Source: Mobula hypostoma
Lineage: Eukaryota
Direction: 5' to 3'
DNA: 64,000 bases
NCBI RefSeq assembly: GCF_963921235.1
Contig: NC_086097.1
Coordinates: 173,044,001-173,108,000 of the forward strand
The notes beneath the pieces were generated by a model that did not search any database, had not been told where the DNA came from, and saw only the letters and a list, made by a program, of their open reading frames with translations. Both the position numbers and the translations under genes were made by a program. Below are positions 25,056 to 37,639 of the stretch, one piece after another; within the stretch, counting starts at the first letter, position 1; every line of letters begins with the position of its first letter.

Positions 25056-26214
25056 CTATAACAGAACAAGAATGAAATTAAAAAGTCCACACCTGATTTT
25101 TTTTTGAAAGACTGAAATATAAGCAAAAATCACGGCCAAATTTGACATGCTGCTTTAAATATCAGATATAACATTTATTCCAGTGAAAATAATTTTACTT
25201 GCACAAAGATAATCTTCAGCAGGTTCTGCTTATTATAAAATATGAATCCAGCTGCCCTCAAATTGAATTGCACAATAAAAAAAAATCCATTTGGATAAAA
25301 CTAATCTCTGTTAAGTCATAGCGAACTATTTTGATTTTCCCTTTGTCTGTTTAAGATAAAGGGCCCTTGTCTATCTTAGTTCAATGTACTTTCATCAGTT
25401 TACACAGTATGAACAGGAAAAGCACAGCTAGACCCTTTCAAAAGACAATATTCAGGAAATTTGTTGGCCTTCCACTCCCATCTTGAAAGCAATATAACTC
25501 TGCCAAAGATTTTGTAATCCTGTACTCAAAGTGAAGTGCCAGTCAAGCTGTGCTAAATTGCAAAGTTATTGTGCCATTTCCAAAGCAATCAACAGATGTT
25601 GTTCCTTCCTTGTCCTTGGATCAATGTCAAGGAGCTCAATATTCACTGTAGAGGCTGCAGCTATTTAAAACTGGTTCACTGCAATCATCTCAAGGATAAT
25701 GAGTGATGTGTAATAAATGTTCTTACATTAATATTTACATGGTGTAAATCTATTGGTATTATCAAATTAAATCATTTTGTTTTAATTTTATTGCCCTTCA
25801 CCATCAATATCTTTAACACAGGCAAATAAATTCTTCTTTGCTCCAAGCTTTCTTTTAAGAGCTAGAGTTCTATGCATGACCTACATAGATAAACATCTAC
25901 TGACGTCAAACTTACACATCTTCTCCTCTTAACCACAAATAATCAACTTCCATCTCCCTTCACAAACACTAAAGGGCTCCTGATTACTTGGCTTTTGTTA
26001 TTGCCAATAGAAGATTTTGCATGTTGCAATTACTATCATACTCATCAATATCTGTACACACATTTTAATTCCAATCAATGGATGTTATAATTCAACCAAT
26101 ATTTGCTATTGCCACCACTGTTGCCCATCAGTAATATTATCTAATAGATCCCTCTTAATCTAGCAAATACTTTCAAAGAAAAACTATATAAGACATGCAA
26201 AAACACAGGACTGC

Positions 26215-26530
26215 AGAGTAGCACAACAGTCAACATGGATTCCACTTAAATCCAAGGGCCTGGGTGCACCTCAGTCTGTGCAGAGCTTACATGGTCTTCT
26301 CGTGACCTTTTGCTTTCTGCCTGGAGTCTAGTTCCTTCCCAAAGACATGCTACTATAAATGATACCTTAGTGCAGATACGTGGTTAAAAAAAAGATAATT
26401 AAAGGATAAGTGAGAGAGAATGGAATATCAGGCTGTAAGGAAATGACTAGAGGAGGAATGGGATTAATGGGATTGCAGCCTGAGAGCTGGGAAGGACCTG
26501 GTGAACCAAACAGCAGTCTTCAGCATCATT
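26215..26530 (+). mobile_element. Decayed V-SINE
   Basis: ctgtgcagagcttacatggtcttctcgtgacc..gctttctgcctggagtctagttccttcccaaagacatgc resembles the V-domain. Confidence 0.5.
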
Positions 26531-26637
26531 ATAAATAAGTGAAAGCACAAAAATAATACAAGGTAGACTGCTTTACTTTAACAACTACCACTAATATAAG
26601 CATAGTTTGACCTTCTTCCATGCAATCAGTTCTATCG

Positions 26638-26830
26638 TTCAAAGTTCAGAGTAAATTTATTATCAAAGTACGTACATATCACCATATACTACCTTGATAT
26701 TCAATTTTTTTGGCAGGCATTTACAGGAAAAAAAGGAACACCACAGAATTTTACGAAGAACTATACATAAACAGACAAATATTGACCTACATTCAATGTG
26801 CAAACGAAGACAAACTGTGCAAATAAAAGT
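26638..26830 (-). mobile_element. Rex1/Babar-type LINE 3' tail
   Basis: Reverse complement ends aaattgaatatcaaggtagtatatggtgatatgtacgtactttgataataaatttactctgaactttgaac; same tail as 38745-38797. Confidence 0.65.
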
Positions 26831-27874
26831 TGTACAGAATTCTTGAAAGTGAATCTGTAGAATAGAAATAGTCATATTTTCCCATGGGCTTAGCTCAGAA
26901 AGTGATTGCAAATTCCTAATCCTTTGCATAAGTCTTTAGGGGCCAAAGGAAGCTCAACATACTTTGAGTATGTGCACAGTCCACCCACCTGCTGCGCCTG
27001 TATTTTAGCACTTTCAGAAAAAAACTTACACTCATGTGACCTAAACAAGAAAGAGTCTCACAATCTTGGTGTTGAGGTGATACCTTTAATATGTTAGAAG
27101 TGCTACCTGGGTCTCAATAACCTTGACAAAGCTTGGATCCAACTGATATGTGGTTTTCCAGCAACATTTGGGGACGTACTGTAAAAGCAGAAATTCTTCC
27201 CACCAGATCCCTTGCCCACCCAAAAAGCACTCCAGAAACAGATTTCGAGTTATCTGACTCTCACACATCCATTCCCCTCTCAATTTATGGCTTCCCCTGA
27301 GAACAGAATACAAAGCCAGATTTCCATTATGTGCACTGCTCAATGCTACAATGCTCTGTAGATTCTAGAAACCCTCTGATGCCCAATGCTCAATTTTCTT
27401 CAAAAGCTCAATCCTTCTCTAAAGGCCAATTCACTTCCGTAAAGATTGAACTCCCATTGATATCCTACCCAAAGCACAAATATCTGGATGGTAAATACCC
27501 AACTCATGTCTGTCTGTGATTCCTGTCTAGGATCTCCCGCCACATGTCAACAGCCAAAAATCTTTTCAAATTGAAGGAAAAGTATCATAAAATTGAGAAA
27601 AATAATTAAGATGAGTACTGTGAAATTCAATTGAGTCTCCTACAGTCCTTTGCTTCCTGATTTTCCTATTTGAAGTGTCCCCAGTTAGTAAGGCACACCT
27701 TCTCATGACCCTGAGTCTCCCTCCCAACTTCTAGAAGATAATGTCTTTATAATTTTCCTCTCTCAAAAATTCTGCTGCTTATGCTATATTTCAGCAACCT
27801 ATCCTCAACTATAATTTTTGGTAGCAGGGAGAGATGGAAGGTTAATGAGAAGAGGTAAATAATATTATTCTTAC

Positions 27875-28583
27875 CCATACATTTGTAGTCTGGTGGCACA
27901 GCTTTCAAAGTGGCATCAAAAAACGTTAGCTCCACCTTCTGCTTCCGGTGGTGACAACTCATTAGTAATGAAGGCTGGGCTATCACCAAGTACAGGAAGG
28001 GCTCCAGCTGAAGATCATTTGCTCCTCTGCGACCTGGTTGACGGACTATTGTGATTCCAAGAGCCTGGCGAGCTGAAGATCTGCTTGGTGTGTGGAGACT
28101 CTCCAGTGACAAGTGACTGGTAACCTTCCTGGTGGACAACGGCGAATTACTATTCAGGACGTCGTCAGCTGTCATTACTGCAATTTCTAGCTGGCCCACT
28201 TTATTCTCTGGCACCTGTTCAGTCTCAGTACTTTTCAGGTTCAATGTACTCTTGCTGACTTTGTCAGTGTCTCTCTTCTGTTGGCTATCTTGTTGGGTCA
28301 TTGCTTTGGGATTAATTGTGAATGAATAGGTCATCAGTGAGATACCACCAGCTGTAATAAATATATCAAAAGGGATAAAATTTAAATTCTTCACAATGGA
28401 AGATTGGCGGGAAGGCCTTGCAAGCCGGTGATGACTGGTTCCGCTCTGTTGTTCAATCTGCACAATCCGAATTCGTGCACTATCACTTCCAATACCACTG
28501 TCCCGGGCTCCACTGTGTCGTGAGGAAGCATCCATAGGAGCTCCTTCTGGAGAGGTAATCTTACTCTGATCTTGATGAGAGGT
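27875..28583 (-). CDS. VPS13B: VPS13B large internal coding exon (709 nt; TSHQDQ...DSGIGSDSARIRIVQIEQQSG...RQSSIVKNLNFIPFDIFIT...RSSARQALGITIVRQPGRRG...SCHHRKQKVE...DYKCM)
   Basis: Within ORF 27747..28625 (-), with near-identical motifs to human VPS13B. Acceptor tctttccattgcag|ACC, donor TGG|gtaaga; phase 0 to 1. Confidence 0.97.
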
Positions 28584-29519
28584 CTGCAATGGAAAGATGT
28601 CAAAAATTACATTTAATAGCAGCATGTTGGCTTTAAGGTTTGGCAGTTTCTACTGTTCATTTGTTTTCATTTGTATGATTGTGTTAACAGCACATAAGAT
28701 TACACACAGCAAGCTCTTATCATCCAATTTTTTCCAATAACATTGACCAGGATTTTGACTGATACAGAAGGCTAATGGTGCAATTCCATATTTATCCATA
28801 AATGGGACTGCAAATTCAGGCAAGGAGAAGAAACACTACCCAGGTGTCAAAAGCCTGTTTTAGGAAAACAGGAAAACATCCTTCATGTGGATGGCATCAT
28901 ATTGGTTGGATCACTGTCGATAAGCATTAAAAATCATGAAAGTGTTGCATATAAGCTAAATGATGCATAGATATAAGGAGATATTCATTGTAATTTAAAT
29001 CCCATCCTTAAAATTATCAATTAAGCATCTCATTTTATTGACTGAAAATACAAGCAATATGTGATGCTTCAGATGCAGTCTCACCAGGACACTTTACAAA
29101 TATCTTCACTCCAGTTCTCAAAACCTCTCATGATACAGCCTAACATAACATTTACCTCTGTAACTGCTCAGCTCACTTGCATTAACTTTTAGTTATTTAT
29201 GCACAATGACACCCAGGCCCCTTTGAACTTTTAACAATGTCACATCATTTTTAAAAAATTCTGCATTTTTATTTTGTGCACCAAAGTGGATTTTAAATTT
29301 CATATTTTTTCCAAGTGATATCCTAACAGTTATATTCTTGCCTACTTATTCAGCTTGCCCTTATCCCCTTGATATTCCTTTACATCCTCCTCCTACTTTT
29401 AATTCCACCTAGTTTTGGTGACCCTTAGCCGAGTCATTGATCTAGATTGTGAAGAGCTGTCACCCAAGCACCAATTCCTGCAAAACTCTATTGGTCATGG
29501 CCCATTACTCCGTGAAGCA

Positions 29520-30122
29520 CTATGGTTTGCTGGCCTTTTTTAGATGAGGCACTGAGTTAGAGTCAGGAAGTCATCTTGCAGCTTTATAAAGCTCTAGTTA
29601 GGCCAATCTGAACTATTGCATTCATTTCTGCTCACCCTATTATGGAAGGATTTAGAGGCTTTGGAGAGGATGCAGATGTGGTTCACCAGGATGCTGACTG
29701 GATTAGAAGGCATGAGCTATAAGGGAAGGCTGGACAAACTTGGGTTGTTTTCTGTGGAGTGGTGGAGGGATAGGTAGGGTAGACCACTGGTATCTTTTTT
29801 CCTAGGGTCATAAAGTCTTATATTAGGGGGCATTATTTAAGGTGAGAGGGGTAAGATCAAAGGGGTTATGAGGGCTAAGTTGTTTTTCACTGAGAGTGGT
29901 GGGTGCCTAGAATGCATTACCAAGGGTGGTACTGGAGGCAAATACAACAGTGGAATTTAAATGTCTCATATATAGGCACATAAATCTACTGACAATGGAC
30001 TATTTTGACATTATTTTGTCAGAAAGGATTAGTTCAGTTAAGTTTTTAATTATTAGGTTAAGTAGTTTGGCATGATGCTGTGGGCAGAAGGGCCTGTTCT
30101 TGTGCTGTTATGTTCTATGTTC
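29520..30122 (+). mobile_element. CR1 LINE 3' end
   Basis: cagctttataaagctctagttaggcca...ttcaccaggatgctg...agagtggtgggtgcctagaatg...gggcctgttcttgtgctgttatgttctatgttct. Confidence 0.88.
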
Positions 30123-30334
30123 TAATTCCATTCTTTGATATCTGTCTGCTAACCATTTGACAATCCATTTCTGTATGTTACCCATGTGATTTAAGCTTCC
30201 TGACAAACCTCGGATATGGCATGTTACTAAAGCCTTCTGAAAATCTAAATATTGGTTCTCCCTTATCTAAGTTTCTAGTAATATTCTAAAAGAACTCTAA
30301 TAGATTATTAAAACATAATTACCCTTTCATAACT

Positions 30335-31062
30335 CCAAGGCAGAGTACAAAGTAAATGGCAGGATATTTGGTAGTGTGGAGGAGCAGAGGGATCTGGGGG
30401 TACATGTCCACAGATCCCTGAAAGTTGCCTCACAGGTGGATAGGGTAGTTAAGAAAGCTTATGGGGTGTTAGCTTTCATAAGTCGAGGGATAGAGTTTAA
30501 GAGTTGCGATGTAATGATGCAGCTCTATAAAACTCTGGTTAGGCCACACTTGGAGTACTGTGTCCAGTTCTGGTCGCCTCACTATAGGAAGGATGTGGAA
30601 GCATTGGAAAGGGTACAGAGGAGATTTACCAGGATGCTGCCTGGTTTAGAAAGTATGCATTATGATCAGAGATTAAGGGAGCTAGGGCTTTACTCTTTGG
30701 AGAGAAGGAGGGGAGACATGATAGAGGTGTACAAGGTAATAAGAGGAATAGATAGAGTGGATAGCCAGCACCTCTTCCCCAGGGCACCACTGCTCAATAC
30801 AAGGGGACATGGCTTTAAGGTAAGGGGTGGAAAGTTCAAGGGGGATATCAGAGAAAGGTTTTTTACTCAGAGAGTGGTCGGTGCGTGGAATGCACTGCCT
30901 GAGTCAGTGGTGGAGGCAGATACACTAGTGAAGTTTAAGAGACTACTAGACAGGTATATGGAGGAATTTAAGGTGGGGGCTTATATGGGAGGCAGGGTTT
31001 GAGGGTTGGCACAACATTGTGGGCCAAAGGGCCTGTACTGTGCTGTACTATTCTATGTTCTA
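30335..31062 (+). mobile_element. Young 5'-truncated CR1 LINE with open ORF2 C-terminus (208 aa)
   Basis: ORF 30376..31002: RDLGV...LYKTLVRPHLEYCVQFWSPHYRKD...FFTQRVVGAWNALP. Tail ttctatgttctat; short TSD ATAACT at 30329-30334 and 31062-31067. Confidence 0.95.
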
Positions 31063-31068
31063 TAACTA

Positions 31069-32659
31069 CAGTGTCTTGAAAAAGTATTCAGCCCCCTCAA
31101 CTATTTTCACATTTTATTGTCTAGTGTTCTAAATTTAAAATATATTGAAGTAGGATTTTTTTAAGCTAATCTACAAAACATTGTGCTTCATGTCAAATTG
31201 GAAGAAAAATTCCAAAGCCTGCTAGCAATTTACTAAAAATTAAAAACCAAAATTGTGAGCCTTCATCCCCTTTGTAATTACTACACTACCTTTTCTTGGG
31301 TGCAATACTGTATATTACCTTACCAACTCACCTAATTTGTTGATGTAGAAAATTAGAGTATCACCTGAATAAATATACTCACTCACTGTAAGGTCCAACA
31401 TTATGGTAGATTTTCAACAGATCAAACCAAACCGAAGACAAAAGAACACTCAAGACAAGTCACGGAAATAATAATAGAAAAGCACAAATCTGGGGAAGGG
31501 TACAAGATCGTTTCAAAGGCACTGAATATACTTTGAAGGTCAGTGCAGTGCATCGTGAAAAAGTGGAACAAATATAAAACTCACTCACACTGCCTAGGTC
31601 AGGCTGCCCCTTTAAACTTAGTTGCCAAAGAAGAATGGCACAGGTAAGAGAGGCTTCTGTGACACAGCAGTGAGTGAGCTGCAGAAATCAGTGGCTGCAA
31701 CTGGAGATGATGTTCATGGATCCACAATCTCTAAAGCCTTGCACAAATGGAGTGTCATGGAACAGTGACAAGGAAGAAGCCCTAGCTTAAAAAAAAAGTA
31801 TTGCCTTGGCTATTAGCACTTTGCAAGACATCATTTAGAAGATACTGTAAAGATGTGGAAGAAGGTCTTGTGGTCAGATGAAACTAAAGTGGAAATTTTT
31901 TTATCTCAACACCAAGCAGTATATGTGGCATAAATTTAACACTGCCTGATAACATCAAACTACTGTAGGGTATGGTGGAGATAGCAGCATGCTTTGGGGA
32001 TGTTTTTCAGCAGTATATACTGGAAATCTGGTCAGGATTGATGGGTAGCTGAATGCTGCTAAATAGAGAGAGATCCGAGATAAAAAAAACCTGCTAGACT
32101 CTGCCAGAAAGCTTAAATTGGGGAGGAAGTTCGTCTTTCAGCAGGACAGTGACCCAAAGCACACTGCCAGAACAACCATGGAGTGGCTTCAAATGAGGAA
32201 AATTGATGTCTTTGAGTGGCCCAGTCAGAGTCCTGACGTTAACCCAAACAAACATTTCTTACAAGACCCCAAGGATTGCTGTCCATCGTCTTTCCCCAAC
32301 TAACCTGGCACAGCTTGTGCAATTTTGCAGAGGAATGGGCATATCTTGCTCCATCATGTTGTACAAAGCTAATGGAGACCTATCCAAAAAGTCTACTGGC
32401 TGTAATAGCTGCGAAAGGTGGTTCAACTAAGTACTGACCAAAGTGGGTGGGGGTGAGTACTTTTGAACTGCTAACATTTCAGTTTTTGAATTTTTAGTTT
32501 CTCCTGCTTTAAAATTTCCCTGTTTTTGGGACCTGCTTTGAAAAAAGGAGCATGTAATTCACAAATAAACATTCTCAGTTAAATTGATCAATGTCCCTGG
32601 TTGTAATACTCAATTATGTGAACAAAGGGTTAAGGGGTGAATACTTTTATAAGGCACTA
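31069..32659 (+). mobile_element. Tc1-family DNA transposon (IR/DR type), full length ~1.59 kb, transposase pseudogenised
   Basis: TA|CAGTGTCTTGAAAAAGTATTCAGCCCC ... GGGGTGAATACTTTTATAAGGCACTA|TA. Transposase ~31432-32437: KTKEHS..EKHKSGEGYK, WKKVLWSDETKVE, FVFQQDSDPKHTA, EWPSQSPDVNP, with stops and frameshifts. Inner repeat of the terminal motif near 32450-32470. Confidence 0.93.
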
Positions 32660-32908
32660 TAAATGCTGAGTCTACACTACTCATTTCTATGACAAATCTC
32701 AGGACTCTCCCAACAAATGATGTTAGGATAGCAGGTTAGTTGTTTTTTTCCCTCTCCTTTATGATAAGGGACTCACATTTCCCTCAGTCCAGTCCACAAT
32801 CCATGGAATTTTGAAAGATAACTAATGTATCCATGACCTCGAAAGCTGTCTTTCCGAAACCTTTGTGATATTAGCCATTTGGTTCTTGGGAATTACCAGT
32901 TTTCAGTA

Positions 32909-34362
32909 CAGGTTTCCCCCGCCATCCGAAGGTACAGCATTCCTATGAAACGGTTCGTAAGCCGAAATGTTGTAAAGCGAAGAAGCAATTACTATTTATT
33001 TATATGGGAAAATTTTGTGAGCGTTTGTAGACCCAAAAATAACCTACCAAATCATGCCAAATAACACATAAAACCTAAAATAACAGTAACATATAGTAAA
33101 AGCAGGAATGATATGATAAATACACAGCCTATATAAAGTAGAAATACTTTTCCACAATCATTATTGAATTGTTCTCCGTAGCGAAAATCTCACGCAAGCG
33201 CCGTCAGCAGTAAATCTCACGCAAGTGCTGCTGGCAAAAACACACGCAAGCGCTCTCCGGTAACCTTTAAGCTATGAAGCTGCCAAATCATACCAAATAA
33301 CACGTAAAACTACACAGCCTATATAAAGTAGAAATAATGTATGTACAGTGTAGTATCACTTACCGGAATCAGGAAGACAGCGCCGAGCACACTGATGATG
33401 GTGTGTTAGGCTGAGTCGGAGATTGGGTGGTGCAGTGGCCCCCCCCACCCTCCAGGCCACCAAGCGATACATTGCTGCGAAGCATGCAGGCGTCCAGCGG
33501 TAGCCGGGAGGCACACAGCACATCTTGAAAAAAGCTGAAACAAACATGCTAATTAATTAGTGCCGCCCAACACATAGTTGTCGGCCCAGATCAGTGCCGA
33601 TTTCCGATTGCGTCGTCTCTGATCTAGGCCGACAATTACGTGTCAGGCAGCACCTAATCAATTAGCTAGTTTATTTTGGCTTTTTTCTTAAAGATGTGCT
33701 GTGTGCCTCCCGGCTACCGCTGCGTTCTCAGCGAATCGGTATCTGTCCGCTGTCTGGGTGTTGGGGTGGTGGGACACCGGGGTGTCATCTCATCGTCGTC
33801 TGTTTCCATTAGAGCAGGCAGCTCATCTTCTCCTATGACTGCCCGCCTCGATATCGAAGGTCGAGGTTCGTCGTCTGCTGTGGCTGATGTGGAAGGCCTG
33901 CTTGACTGCTGAGCGTTGCGCATTTTTCTATCACACAGTTCTTTGTAAGGACTCAAACCATGCTGCAAATATCTCCTAAACCAACGTACCCTTTCAAAAT
34001 TAAAGTTGTACTTCATCGTTACTCATTCGGTTTCGATTGTTATCCTTTTTTCTTCCAATTGCACCAGCTCTTCATCTGTCAGTTCTTGGTCATAGGATGC
34101 CAAAACCTTGTGTCAACATCATGTTCGTCAACTTCCACAAGCCAAACTCACATTGTCCTTACTTCGTTCACCACAATCGAAAAGCTTAATTATGTCTAGT
34201 TTTATGCTAAGTGTAACACCCTTACGAGCTCTTTTAGGCTTTTCCAATACATTAGAACTCATCTTGCAAACGGCTGCTCACAGTCTCGTGTTTAAGCAAT
34301 GCCATCGAGAATCCGGGGGAGAGCAGCTGCTCGGGACATGCGCTGATTTTTTTATCGTGCGC
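32909..34362 (-). mobile_element. Tigger/pogo-family non-autonomous DNA transposon (internally deleted; one end missing)
   Basis: TA|CAGGTTTCCCCCGCCATCCGAAGG terminus. Minus strand from 34262 gives MSSNVLEKPKRARKGVTLSIKLDIIKLFDCGE (CENP-B-type HTH start) fused to C-terminal VLASYDQELTDEELVQLEE and ..GLSPYKELCDRK. Confidence 0.85.
33496..33721. repeat. Long inverted repeat (~100-bp arms, ~24-nt loop)
   Basis: agcggtagccgggaggcacacagcacatctt...gttgtcggcccagatcag pairs with ctgatctaggccgacaatt...aagatgtgctgtgtgcctcccggctaccgct. The ORF track shows the same peptide (KMCCVPPGYR) on both strands. Confidence 0.92.
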
Positions 34363-35897
34363 TGTAGGAAGTAGCCCAAGAAACAGTGGATGCATTAGTG
34401 ATAATTTTTCAAAACTCTTTAGATTCTGGACTAGTTCCTGAGGATTGGAGGGTGGCTAATGTAACCCCACTTTTTAAAAAAGGAGGGAGAGAGAAACCGG
34501 GGAATTATAGCCTGACATCGGTGGTGGGGAAAATGCTAGAGTCAGTTATCAAAGATATGATAACAGCACATTTGGAAAGCGGTGAAATCATCGGACAAAG
34601 TCAGCATGGATTTGTGAAAGGAAAATCATGTCTGATGAATCTCATAGAATTTTTTGAGGAGGTAACTAGTAGAGTGGATAGGGGAGAACTAGTGGATGTG
34701 GTATATTTGGATTTTCAAAAGGTTCTTGACAAGGTCCCACACAGGAGTTTAGTGTGCAAACTTAAAGCACACGGTATTGGTGGTAAGGTATTGATGTGGA
34801 GAGAGAATTGGTTGGCAGACAGGAAGCAAAGAGTGGGAATAAACAGGACCTTTTCAGAATGGCAGGCAGTGACTAGTGGGGTACCGCAAGGCTCAGTGCT
34901 GGGACCCCAGTAGTTTACAATATATATTAATGACTTAGATGAGGGAATTAAATGCAGCATCTCCAAGTTTGCGGATGACACGAAGCTGGGTGGCAGAGTT
35001 AGCTGTGAGGAGGATGCTAAGAGGATGCAGGGTGACCTGGATAGGTTAGGTGAGTGGGAAAATTCATGGCAGATGCAATTTAATGTGGATAAATGTGAGG
35101 TTATCCACTTTGGTGCCAAAAACAGGAAAACAGATTATTATCGGAATGGTGGCCGATTTGGAAAAGGGGAGGTGCAACGAGACCTGGGTGTCATTATACA
35201 CCAGTCATTGAAAGTGGGCATGCAGGTACAGTAGGCGGTGAAAAAGGCAAATGGTATGCTGGCATTCATAGCAAGAGGATTCGAGTACAGGAGCAGGGAG
35301 GTACTACTGCAGTTGTACAAGGCCTTGGTGAGATCACACCTGGAGTATTGTGTGCAGTTTTGGTCCCCTAATCTGAGGAAAGCCATTCTTGCCTAGAGGG
35401 AGTACAAAGAAGGTTCACCAGATTAATTCCTGGGATGGCAGGACTTTCATATGATGAAAGACTGGATCGACTAGGCTTATACCTGTTGGAATTTAGAAGA
35501 TTGAGGGGGGATCTTATTGAAACATATAAAATCCTAAAGGGATTGGACAGGCTAGATGCAGGAAGATTGTTCCTGATGTTGGGGAAGTCCAGAACGAGGG
35601 TTCACAGTTTGAGGATAAAGGGGAAGCCTTTTAGGACCGAGATGAGGAAAAACTTCTTCACACAGAGAGTGGTGAATCTGTGGAATTCTCTGCCACAGAA
35701 AACAGTTGAGGCCAGTTCACTGGCTATATTTAAGAAGGAGTTAGATATGGCCCTTGTGGCTAAAGGGATCAGGGGGTATGGGGGGAAGGCTGGTACAGGG
35801 TTCTGAGTTGGATGATCAGCCATGATCATACTGAATGGCGGTGCAGGCTCGAAGGGCCGAATGGCCTACTCCTGCACCTATTTTCTATGTTTTCTAT
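34363..35897 (+). mobile_element. CR1 (HER1-like) LINE, 5'-truncated 1.5 kb, RT domain with a few stops
   Basis: VPEDWRVANVTPLFKKG, QHGFVKGKSCL, VDVVYLDFQK..DKVPH, SGVPQGSVLGP, FADDTKL, FFTQRVVNLWNSLP. Tail ggcctactcctgcacctattttctatgtttctat. Confidence 0.96.
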
Positions 35898-35901
35898 ATA
35901 G

Positions 35902-36604
35902 TGTAGTGGTTTCTTCTTTTATGTTACTGCTAAGGCGAATAAAATGGCTTCCTTGTTATGTTATAATAAAATGGCTTCTCTGTAATGCTAACTGCTGAGT
36001 TAACAGCCGCAGCTTGTTTGGGTTATAATTACTGATAACAAGAATTGTATTCATTTGCTAACCAATTGGGATAGATGTTATTCTTTCTTGTGTGCCTGTA
36101 AGCTATTGTTTTCGCGGGCTTTGGGCAGAAGGCGTGATGGGGACAAAGTGAGGAGACGCACTGAGAGAGATGCTGTAAGCTGGGCAAGGATTGGACCCAA
36201 CAAGGAGTCTGAGGCCCAGGGCTTTTTGGGAGGAGAACTGAAGAGGAAGGATGTGCTGGACGCGCTCTGGTCAACCACCGTGGTTGGTCCCAGGTGGTGG
36301 GTCGAGGAGGTCGGAAGGGATCGAATGGTGGAAAGAAGACTCCGTTAATTGAGCTCCAATGGTTGTGCACGAGGTGGTTGAACTTTGATAAGATTGGTGC
36401 CTTTTACTATCCTTTTATATTGTATCTCTATTAATTACATAGTTCCAGTAAGATCTATAAAGTGTAATCTGTAAATTATACATTGTGTGCTGTCTGTTAA
36501 TTGTCAGTGTGGGGTACATCACACGGCATCCACACAAACTTGATTACCCAGTTTGGCGGGGCCAAAGGCTGCTCCCCCTAGACGAAAGCGAGCTTTGCTC
36601 CTAC
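35902..36604. mobile_element. Probable solo LTR (~700 bp)
   Basis: Starts TGTAG and ends ...CTAC. CpG-rich non-coding block with duplicated aataaaatggcttc and a CCAAT motif. TSD cannot be verified. Confidence 0.5.
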
Positions 36605-36843
36605 TGCCCTTTGAGAAAAAAATTCAAAGATTCGCAGCTGTTTGAGGGGAAAAAAATTACACCATTTTTTTGTACATAGTTATGAAATGCTCCCAATTGT
36701 CAGCCTACTGCAGTTTCTGGTAACTTTATATGACTCACTTACTTATATATAGCAATATCTTTAATTTCTCCTGTCAGCCATGAGTACCTCATTCCCTGGA
36801 ACACTGTATGCCTTAACGGAATACAATGTTGCAAATCATATTA

Positions 36844-37639
36844 CAGTGGATTCTGGTTATTGGGCAATTGGTTAATCGGGGCAGCCATTTATCTGCAACA
36901 ACTGTGAAAGAACAAAACTTCAGAAAATAGCCAAGATTCCCTTCTTTTATTTAGAACACTATGCTGCATAACTAGGGCAAGAAACTTCAGTCAAACAGTT
37001 TCTAACTAGCATCTGTCGCGTGCACTGTGTGGCCATCAGACACACCACCATGCTTAGCATGAACAGTTTTAAATAGCGTTGTGTGTTTTTGTGTTCAAAA
37101 TTCGTAATTTTTGTCACTGATAATTGGTGAGAAATAGGCAGTAAGACAATTTGGAACTGTTTTCCTCATCGTGGCTTCCAGCACTCAAGCTTGGAGATGT
37201 CAGAAAAGTCTGGGAGTAAGTACGAAACAGTTTCACTACTTCAACAAGTTAGGAATTAAGAAGGTATTGGTATCATCAACCATCTTGAAAATTACAATGA
37301 AAATGAAGATTTGGAGGATGCAATTGCCTAAAGCATTGTATGAAGGCAGTCCATTATCTGCACTAGGTGTCCACTGATTTTGTTACAGTCACTCAAAAGA
37401 ACACAGCAGATGAATTCCTCAATCAATAACTATAAGAATAGTACTATAGAGTTATTACTGGTTTTCCAGTTTGTTCTGTAGTTCATTTAAATACATAAAT
37501 TGTTATTTAGTTAAACAGTAGTTTGTCTTTTTTATGTCTTTTAATGATATTCATGAAACTTCTGAAACTAAATGGGACAGCCACTTAATTGGGCCAAAAG
37601 GTACTGGTCCTGATGTGTCCTAATCAACTGAATCCACTG
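36844..37639. mobile_element. Tc1/mariner-superfamily (Tigger-like) non-autonomous element, 796 bp
   Basis: TA|CAGTGGATTCTGGTT ... AACTGAATCCACTG|TA terminal inverted repeats with TA TSD. Confidence 0.88.

Noticed and set aside
30376..31002. Intact 208-aa ORF as a host gene
   Set aside because: It is the C-terminus of CR1 ORF2 in a 5'-truncated young copy.
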